Positions 54,803-64,000 of a stretch of 64,000 nt of DNA are shown piece by piece. The stretch's first letter is position 1; each line of letters begins with the position of its first letter. Made by a program: the position numbers and the translations under genes. The notes under the pieces are model-generated. The model made no database searches. It saw only the letters and a program-made list of their open reading frames with translations, and had not been told where the DNA came from. The DNA comes from the human T2T-CHM13v2.0 reference genome, Homo sapiens: assembly GCF_009914755.1 (NCBI RefSeq), contig NC_060947.1. One strand, given 5' to 3'.

Positions 54803-55163
54803 TTTATTAGTCCGTTCTCACACTGCTATAAAGAACTGTCCAAGACTGTAATTTATAAAGAATAGTGATTTAATTGACTCACAGTTCCACATGGCTGGGG
54901 TGGCCTCAGGAAACTTACAATCGTGAAGAAAGGGGAAGAGGCGTGTCTTACATGGCGGCAGGTGAGAGACTGAGTATGTGAAGGAGGAACTGTCAGACCA
55001 TCAGATATCCCGAGAACTCACTCACTATCATGATAACAGCATGGGGGACACTGCCCCCATTATCCAATCACCTCCCACCAGGTCTCTCCCTCGACACATA
55101 GGAATTATGGGGATTACAATTCAAAATGAGATTTGGGTGGGGACTCAAAGCCTAACAATATCA
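54803..55163 (-). mobile_element. MaLR solo LTR (THE1D/MSTA-like) inserted in a MIR
   Basis: tattagtccgttctcacactgctataaagaac...gagatttgggtggggactcaaagcctaacaatatca; near-TSD gtgca / atgca. Confidence 0.9.
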
Positions 55164-55629
55164 ATGCAAGTGACAAACTGTAAGACTCAGTGTCCTTGCC
55201 TATAAAATATGGGGATAATAATCAGTACTTCACTTGTATGCATCACCAGTCATGGGCTTTAAAAATAACCTGTGTATCAGTGATTTGTAGTCCATAAAAT
55301 ATTATAAATATGCATAGTATAATTACTATGAATTGCTACATTCCTAAAGCTGTCCAAATTACAACGTGTAATATTTAACTACAAAACAGTTATTTTTTGA
55401 TAACTATTGTATGTTGCCTGTCTCTTTTACATAAATGTTCATTAGGAGAGTGACCTATATCTGCTTTTCGCCTATGCATCCTAAGTACCTAAAACAATGC
55501 CAGGCACATAGTAGGTGTTAAAAAAATAAATATTTACCAAATAAATGAATAAAAGCAGAGCATATTTTAATTTACTAACTTATGATGAGATTCTTGTACG
55601 CCTACATGATTTATTAAAAATCATGATAT

Positions 55630-56000
55630 AGCCATGGAGTACTACTCGGTCACAAAAAAAGGAAAAAAAATGGCATTTGCAGCAACCTGGATGGAATTGC
55701 AGATCATTATTTTAAGCGAAGTAACTCAGGAATGGAAAACCGAACATTGTATGTTCTCACTCACAAGTAGGAACTAAGCTATGAGGATGCAAAGACATAA
55801 GAATGATACAATGGACTTTGAGGACTTGGGAGAAAGGATGGGAAAGGGGTGAGGGATAAAAGACTACGCATTGGGCGCGACGTATACTGCTCAGATGAGG
55901 AATGTGCCAAAATCTCAGAAATCACCACTGAAAACTTATTAATGTAACCAAACATCATCCGTTCCCCAAAAACCTATGGAAAAAAATAAAAATTATAAAT
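55630..56000 (+). mobile_element. 5'-truncated L1PB-like 3' end
   Basis: ccatggagtactactcgg...gaagtaactcaggaatggaaaac...tcagaaatcaccact...A-rich tail. Confidence 0.88.
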
Positions 56001-56699
56001 TAAAACGATGGTACAGGACATCATTTTTGTCTTTATTTTGAAAATATTTTAATGTTTCATATACAACTATTATATTCTATATATATCAAAATAAAAATTC
56101 TAAGGGGTTATTGGCACACAGTTGTTCTAGACTAATGTATATCAGACACACACTAAATTCTCTGCTATATCAACTCTTCATTTTTGACTTCAGGTATTTT
56201 TAAAATTATATAATATTTCATACAAAAAAGAAAATACAAAATGTAAGTTAAGGTTTAACGAATTGTAAAACAAAGGCTGTCATAAGCACCAGTTTTCAAT
56301 TATGTTTGTTTTCAATTTAGTTTTCAATTATAACTGTTGAACCCTCACTTTGTACCTCTCCACAATCACATCCTTCTCCCCTCATCCCTCTGTCAAGATT
56401 AACTATTATTCAGTATTTTGTGTTTATTATGAACGTGTATGTTGGTATAGTTTTACTGTGCAGATATGCATACCTGATGTACTTTTAAACTGTGTATCAA
56501 TAGTATTATATTGCATACATTTTTGTGACATACTTTTATCTATTCATGTTCATGAGAGATATAGGTATATATCAATACATAATATATATTAATATCTATC
56601 AATATCTATCAATCAACTGACCATTTATTAAAATCATATGTATTACTATTACAAATGATGCTACTGTGAACACTATTCTCCATGTGCAAGAGTATTAGT

Positions 56700-56912
56700 A
56701 ATGCAATTTTGCCCCCAAAAGGGACATTTCATAATGTCTGGAGACAATTTTGGTAATTATGGTTGGGGATAGGTTGCTACTATGCTCCTGGCACCAATGG
56801 AGCAGAGATCAAGAAGTCTGTTAAACACTCCACAATACATAAGAAAGCCTCCACAACCAAGACGTACGTGCCCCCAAATGTAAGTAATGCACAGATAGAG
56901 AAGCTCTACTCT
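56700..56912. mobile_element. MER20 hAT/Charlie relic within decayed L1ME sequence
   Basis: attttgccccc...gggacattt...aatgtctggagacaattttgg...cccccaaatgtaagtaatgc...gagaagctct. Confidence 0.75.
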
Positions 56913-57809
56913 AGGTCTTACTATATCTATGAGTGGAATTTCTGAGTTTTCTGTTATACACATATTAAACTTTCTTTCCAAAGCTGTTATCTCAACATGC
57001 ACAGTATATAATAGCTCCTCTTACTAAGAAAGTTAATAATTATTGCTAAACTTTAACATAATTGCCTGTATTCACTCTTTATCTCCTCTTTGTAAAAGAA
57101 AATGTGTAATATTGGGATGACCTGTTTCCTGAAAATTTTGCAGGACTAATCTGTAAAACAATCTAGTCCTGGTCTTTTATATTCAGGAATATTTTAAACT
57201 CACTTAATTTCTTTAATACCTTGTTATAGTTTTCTAGATGTTAGTCTATTGCATGTAAGTTTTAAGTGTATTATTTTTCACTTTTAATAACTTTTACTCT
57301 TCTGTATTTGTGTTTGTGTCCAACTTTAGATTAATACTCTACCTCTCATTTTTTTCTTGCTCAATCTTAGCAGAGGTTTGTTATTATTCTTTTTTATGCA
57401 TTAAAATTATTGGCTTTATTGATTCTTCCTGTTTTACTTTGTTTTCTATTTTATTAATATCTGCTGTAATTTTTATTATTTACTTTTTTATATTTATTGT
57501 TTTGTTACTTTTATAATACCTTCAGAAATACATTTAACTCATTCAGTTATGGCTTGAATCTTTTCATAGTATAATGATATTGATATATCTTTGTATTGTA
57601 TTCTATATTAATTTATATATGAAAAATGTTGAATATTCATTATCATTCAGCTCTACTCAATGAAGTTCTCTTATTGTTTATTTTTTTCATGCAAATATTT
57701 GGAAAATTGTTTAATACATTCCAAACACATGGGATTTTTCAGATATGTTAGTGTTACAATCTATAATTATTGAATTTTGATCAGGAAATTTTATCTGGAA
57801 CCAGGAACT

Positions 57810-58150
57810 GGAGGAACCTGGCTAAATAGCAGCCTCTACCAACTGTCCTCCCTGCAGGACCACCAAAATAACAACTACCTACCAAAAAAGCACCTTCAAA
57901 AGAACAAAAAATCAGGTGAAGGAATCATAATATCTGATATTAACTTCATATTGCTGAAAGAGGCACTGAAGAAGTTAAGAAAAACAGTTTTCAGTTGCTG
58001 ACACCACTCTTTCTCCATTCCCCTGGCAGCAGCTGGATGGCAAGGTGAAAGAATCTGTGTGTTTTTGAGAGACAGAGTGCACAAATTGTTGGACTTTGCA
58101 TTGGAACTCAGTTCTCTAAACACTGGGCAGAACTCAGCCAACATCCATAA
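57810..58150 (+). mobile_element. Isolated L1MA-type 5' UTR terminus
   Basis: aaaaaagcaccttcaaaagaacaaaaaatcaggtga...aacttcatattgctgaaagaggca is the reverse complement of 12160-12240 and homologous to 25850-25940. Confidence 0.8.
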
Positions 58151-58166
58151 TGCAGAATCCCATCTC

Positions 58167-58320
58167 ATATATATATATATATATACACACATATATATGT
58201 ATATGTATATATATCTATATATGATATATATACACACACACATATACATATATATACACACATATATATACATATGTACATATATGTGTGTATGTGTGTG
58301 TGTGTATATATATGTATATA
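58167..58320. repeat. Compound (TA)/(CA)/(TG) microsatellite
   Basis: Alternating purine-pyrimidine run; CA-rich half followed by TG-rich half. Confidence 0.9.
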
Positions 58321-58549
58321 CTCTGTTGCTTTTGTGTGAAGTTGTTTTAGAGTTCCCTCATCTGTTATTTTTGCTGACATTACTTCTATTACTTTTAAGT
58401 ATTTGTCTCCACACTTTGAAAAACAACGTAAATGTTGAAATTGCTAAAATCTAAACTTGTTTGCAATTCCAAATATTTATTAATTTCCTTCTATTATGTG
58501 CCTCACTCAGTCTAGGATAAAAGAATGGGGATACACCAGTGAGGTTAGC

Positions 58550-58800
58550 CAACTTTTACTGAGGGCTCAGTACAAGTTAGGCATTGTTTTGAGTGAGTTA
58601 CATTTCTTCACTCAATCAATCTACACAACAATGCTAGCAAGTGGCTGGTTTGATGTACATTTTACAGATGATAAAAATATAGTGCAATGATATTGAATAA
58701 CTTAACCACGGTCACACTGCAAGTAAGGTGAGGCACCAAGATTTATATGTAGATAGTCTGTCTTCAGAGCCTGTGTTCTGGAGTACTCTTCCCTACTGCC
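58550..58800 (-). mobile_element. MIR SINE
   Basis: cattttacagatgataaaa...aataacttaaccacggtcacactgcaagtaagg...gtctgtcttcagagcctg. Confidence 0.75.
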
Positions 58801-59886
58801 AGTACTATAGGGACAGAGTTATCAACTAACAATAATAACAAAGAGAAAGACAGTTTTGATGCCAAACCTTTTCTTTTGCCAGAGTGGTTTGTTTTCTGTG
58901 TTATAGATATATAGCAGAATAAAAGGCTCCAGTCTCATCAAAGCAAATTGATTACTTTGGATGCTTCTTGTTAGTCTTCATATACTGTTTTGGGTGTAAT
59001 TTAATTACTTTTTGCTTTGATTTTGCCCTTGTCAACCTTTTTGAGAGTAAGGATAATACCGATTTTATGTGTTTTCACTTATTTTAATACATTCCCATTT
59101 GGTGGCCAATAATTAGTTTGTTTAAGTGGCCTTTTGAAATCACATTTATGCCTAACTGACATATAATTCTAGGTTCTGACATTTCTGAGTATTGATTTAA
59201 ATTCTTTTTTGTCTTAACTTCTGGGAAAACTTTCACAAAATTAAATAATAATTCCTCAAATTAAAGCAAATTTGGAGGATCTTCATTCCCATGTGTAAAA
59301 GTAAATTTGAAATATCTGACAGCAGCTGAAGTGGATCCTTAAACTCAGCTGTATTAATGTCAAAAGTCTGCAAAAGAATATTACAAAAGCTAAGTAGAAG
59401 ATTAACTAAGGAATATAACAAATGTCACAAGAAATGAAATAGGATTTGAGGGTTTAGAGAGTTTGATACTGTAACCAAAACGAGAAAAATGGCAACATGG
59501 TGCTTGAATTGCAGGGCTCTGAAAATGAATGTTTTTAAACCCTTGAAATGAATTGAACTTAGTATACAAGCCCATGGAAAAAATATCTTTCATGAAATAC
59601 ACATGCTAGAATTCCTTCTGCAATCATAATATTGTCATGCTTTCCTGTGAAAAGTAATTTATAACAAATTATGTGAGCCACCCCATAAAATATTTTGCAT
59701 GTAATCCTTAATTGGGTAAACTTGAGACATTGTTTTTTAAAAAAAAAATTAGAAAGAAAATGGCTCAAAATATCACTAAAATTGCTATGTAATGTTTAAG
59801 TGCTTAATTGTTATACAAATGAAATTTATATATATATATTAAAACCTAGCCAAAATAACCCAAAATAACCGCACCGCAATTGCACT

Positions 59887-59988
59887 TGCATTGATTGGCT
59901 CTCCTTTTGCAAAAGGTTTCTTTGTAGCATATGATGCTATTTGATATCATTTTACGCGAAGTAGAACTTCTTTCAAAATTGGAGTTCA
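59887..59988 (-). mobile_element. 102-bp internal Tigger1 fragment, local copy of 62942-63043
   Basis: Direct, ungapped repeat with 6 mismatches in 102 nt by manual alignment. Confidence 0.92.
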
Positions 59989-60169
59989 TTACTATAAACA
60001 TGAAAAAAGCCTAAGCTTTGCCCCCTCAGGACCTGTGTTTCCCTTGGTCTGAGGTGACAGGACAAGGATCATTAACACCTGTAGCCAAGAGTATGTCTAT
60101 TTTTTTCATTGTTTTCACCCAGCTTTTTCTAGAAAGTCCTACCCTAAGACAGAGGCATGAATGCACTAA

Positions 60170-60212
60170 AACACACACACACACACGCACACACACACAT
60201 ACACACACATAC
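60170..60212. repeat. Imperfect (CA)n microsatellite
   Basis: acacacacac... run read directly. Confidence 0.9.
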
Positions 60213-60276
60213 TTTTGCCCTCAAAAACCCAGAAAACCCAGCAGACAAAAATCAGTTTATTTATTAGCAAATAATT

Positions 60277-60684
60277 TTATATGGTTTTGATTTGTGTCCC
60301 GACCCAAATCTCATGTTCAATTGTAATCCCCAATGTTGGTAGGATGTGATTAGATCATGGGGGTGGATACTTCACGCATGGTTTAGTACCATCTCCTTGG
60401 TACTGTTCTCACAATAGTGAGTGAGTTCTCATGAGATCTTGTTGTTTAAAAATAGCACAGCACATCTCCGCTCACTCTCTCTTGCTCTTACTCCTGCCAT
60501 GTAAGATGCCTGCCCCGCTGTGCCTTTTACCATGAATAAAAGCTCTCTGAGGCCTCTCCAGAAGCAGATGCTGCCACGCTTCCAGTATGGCCTGCAGAGC
60601 CATTAGCCAATTAAACATCTTTTCTTTATGAATTAGTCAGTCTCAGGTTATTTCTTTATAGCAATTTGAGAATTTACTAATATA
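60277..60684 (+). mobile_element. MSTA-like MaLR solo LTR
   Basis: atatggttttgatttgtgtcccgacccaaatctcatgttcaattgtaatcccc...cagtctcaggttatttctttatagcaat...actaatata. Confidence 0.88.
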
Positions 60685-60819
60685 GGATTGGACAAACACT
60701 AGGTATTAATCAAGAAAATAATATTTTCTTCTCTGACTTTATGTTCCCAGAATTCTGTTACATTTTATTTACATGTGACAGATAAACATCATATGTGTAT
60801 ATAGATGAGAAGATACTTT

Positions 60820-61466
60820 GTTTGAAAAGATTATTGCCACAAGCCGTGGTAGAGTCTAGCAATAAAATGAGAGAGACTATTGCAACAGGGAGAACACTTC
60901 AACTATAAGGTCTACAAGTATCCCAAGATTCATGAAGAAAAGAATTTTATTTTATAGGGAGACATAAGCAAGGCTAGAGAGAACAAAATATGGTAGAGGG
61001 GATGAGTGGGTAGTTCTATCAGACACTTGAGCTGGAAAGGAAGTGTTTCTCTTTGGGGTCAAGGTCAGCCTATTCTTGGAAGGAACCATTACATTGGCTT
61101 TGTTTTGCCTTCCAATGCTGGCTCAGGCTGAGGGAGGATAAAAAATAAAAATTCAGTGGTGGTTGGGGCGGGGGGAGGATAGAAATTTAAAGTTTGACCA
61201 AGTCAAGTTAGCAGATATTTTTATAAAATTGTTCAGTGGCTACAAACAGTTCAGTTAATCATTTATGAGAAAACAAACGGAAATTTGACAGTTCTGTTGT
61301 CTGGTCTGGTCTTAAGTAAAACAAGGTCCTCTGTGTCTCAATTCAGTCATGTGGGGAAGGGTGTGTGGTTCTTTTCAGTAAACCCTTTTCTGGAAGAAAA
61401 AAGTGGGAAAGAGGTTCTTAATCTCACTGTTTTCTAAAAATCAGAGGTCTCAGAAAAAGTTCTACA
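60820..61466 (-). mobile_element. Old ERV1-type LTR, subfamily uncertain
   Basis: gactattgcaacagggagaac...tttgaccaagtcaagttagcagata...acaaacagttcagttaatcatttatgag; ends in CA; boundaries approximate. Confidence 0.5.
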
Positions 61467-62569
61467 TTGGCAAATGTAAATGAAAAGATGACATATCGGG
61501 CAGTATGTTAGATAATCTGCCAGTTTGAATGTCTCCTGTGAATAATGAACACCTTTTCTATATCAAACCATCTGATCCTAGCACAGCTTCACAATTCTCG
61601 CTTGTATCAAATTACTCAACCTTAGAGGTCATCTTCCCAGTTGGTCACTGAATTTGGGTTTCCTGTTTTATCAAAAGCAAGATATTTGCTTATCTTCCAT
61701 CTCACCTTTCCATCACCATAATAGTTAGAAGAGGTCTTTTAATCCAACTGAAGATTGATGAGTAGCTTTCATATATGTTTTATTTCAGAGGACTAATATT
61801 AAGGAAAGTTTGAGCAAGCATGAGGAAAGATGCTTAAGTGATCAGTAAGGCTTAACAAATGTTCATGCTGGGAAGATGAAGTTATTAACTTAGACCATTT
61901 GGGGGTCACATGTTCAGACTGCAGCCAGGATTCTAAAACTGAAATGTTGATCTTTAATGCATTTGACCTCTCAGGACTGTTTTTATATTCTTTGAGAAAT
62001 ACCTCACAAGGCCATTTGCTTCCTGCACTTACATCGAATCTATCAAAACTAGCCCTTAGTGACTCAGCCTAGAACAGACTTTTAGGGAATGTGCTGACAG
62101 AGTCAGTAACTTACATGTATGTAAAATGACTGGCAGGGCTTAATATGTGAGCCTCCTGAAGGAAGTAATTTTTTGTTGTAGTTGTCATTTTGTTTGTTGC
62201 TTGGTTGTTTTCCTTCTTCCTAGGAAAAGCATAAGAAGCAGAAATTGTATGTTACTTAACCAACAGTAGAGGGTTCTGTGATATTTTTATCTGGTCTGAC
62301 CACTTTCGTGCATCACAAAATACTGGGAATCTCTATGCTGATGTGTACCCATTCTGAAAAATTAAAAAGTTTAAGTCATAGCAATTTTATGACCTTGTGG
62401 CCAGCTGAAGGACTTTTTACTGAATCAGGCCAGGGTGAGCAAAGGACAAACATTCCAACAAGCTCTCTGTATTTGAATTTTCTGGTTTTCCCGAAGCCTG
62501 TGCCATGACTAGTCCTGCCTTCAACCTTCCCACAGCTTCCTGTTACCACTCTGACCTCATTTTCTAATA

Positions 62570-64000
62570 CAGGCATACTTTAGAGATACTGCAGGTTAGG
62601 TTCCAGACTACCATAATAAAGCCAATGTCATAATAAAATGAGTCACACAAATTTTTGGTTGCCCAGTGCATATAAAAGTCAGGTTTACACTATACTTGGG
62701 TGTATTAAGTGTGCAACTACATTATGTCTAAAAAGACAATGTACACACTTTGATTTAAAAATAGCATATTGATAAATATGCTAACAATTACCTGAACCTT
62801 TAGTGAGTCATAATTTATTTTCAGGTGGAGGGTCTTACCTCCGTGTGGATGGCTACGGACTACTGACTGACCAAAATTTTGGTTGCTGAAGGTTGGAGTG
62901 GCTGTGTTAATTTCTTAAAATAAGACAGCAATGAAACTTGCTGCATTGATTGGCTCTCCTTTTGCAAAAGGTTTCTCTGTAGCATGTGATGCTATTTGAT
63001 AACATTTTACCCAAAGTAGAACTTCTTTCAAAGTTGGAGTTCAGTGTCTCAAATCCTGCCACTACTTTATCAACGAAGTTTATGGAATGTTCTAAATCCT
63101 TTGTTTTTATTTAAACAATGTTCACATCGTCTTCACCAGGAGTAGTTTCCATCTCAAGGAACCACTTTCTTTGCTTATTCATGAGAGGCGACTCCTCATC
63201 CATTCAAGTTTTACTAAGAGATGGCAGGAATTCAGTCACATCTTCGATCTCCACTTCTAATTCTAGTTATATTCTCATTTCCACCACATTTGCGGTTAAT
63301 TTCTCCACTGAAGTCTTGATGCCCTCAAAGTCATCCATAAGGGTTGAAATTAACTTCAATCAAACTCTTGTTAATGTTGATGTTTTGACTTTTTCCAATC
63401 AATTAAAAATGTTCTTAATAAGATCTATAATAATGAATCATTTCCAGAAGATTTTCAATTTACTTTGCCCAGATCCATCAGAGAAATAACAATTTATGGC
63501 AGCTTTAGCCTTAGGAAATATGCTTATTAGATAATAAGACTTGAAAATAAAAATTACTCTTTGATCCATGGGCTGCAGAATGGATGTTGTGTTAGCTGGC
63601 ATAAAGACAACATTAATTTCCTTGTACATATTCTTTAGAGTTATTGGGTAACCAGGCATTGTCAAAGAGCAGTAATATTTCAAAAATAATATTTTCTAGG
63701 TAAGGGGTCTCGACAATGGGCATAAAATATTCAGTAAATGATGCTATAAACAGATGTTTTCATCCAGGCTTTGTTGTTCCTTTTATAGTGCATAAGCACA
63801 GTAGATTTAGCATAAATTTTAAGGGTCCTAGGATTTTCAGAATGGTAAATAAACATTGGCTTCAGCTTAAAGTCAACAGATGCAGTAGCCTCTAACAAGG
63901 GAGTCAGTCTGTCCTTTAAAACTTCAAAGCCAGGTATGCACTTCCTCTCTAGCTGTGAAAGTCCTAGATGGCATTGTCTTCCAATAAAAAGCTGTTCCAT
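62570..64000 (-). mobile_element. Tigger1 (pogo/Tc1-mariner) DNA transposon, 3' part, runs off the window
   Basis: TA target then TIR caggcatac; frameshifted transposase DDE remnants (KDRLTPLL...KLKPMFIYHSENPRTLK; [17 protein letters not shown]). Confidence 0.95.

Noticed and set aside
63438-64000. Transposase ORFs as a domesticated TIGD-like gene
   Set aside because: Broken by stops and frameshifts, and still bounded by the Tigger1 TIR.

Overview
Primate (human/ape-like) AT-rich intergenic or intronic DNA, not a prokaryotic locus. Most recognisable sequence is transposable element. It contains several L1s of different ages, two of them near-full-length with internal deletions, and four Alus. 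Solo ERV LTRs with intact target-site duplications (TSDs) include MER11/HML-8, LTR7/HERV-H and LTR13/HML-4. There is also a THE1 MaLR provirus disrupted by a truncated MER11, MST/THE1 solo LTRs, L2/MIR relics, MER33, MER20 and a Tigger1. No intact protein-coding gene, RNA gene or CRISPR array is supported; the recognisable ORF-track hits are TE remnants or microsatellite read-through. I found no evidence of a novel biological system. The best leads are: (1) a 102-bp local templated copy of Tigger1 with a repair-like filler at 59851-59988; (2) a perfect 76-bp (TA)20-centred palindrome at 3148-3223; (3) an LTR7up-like solo LTR with the ACAAAAGA motif; (4) a candidate 44-nt exon with a strong-context ATG at 38082-38125. 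Subfamily names come from recalled consensus features, not from an alignment run.
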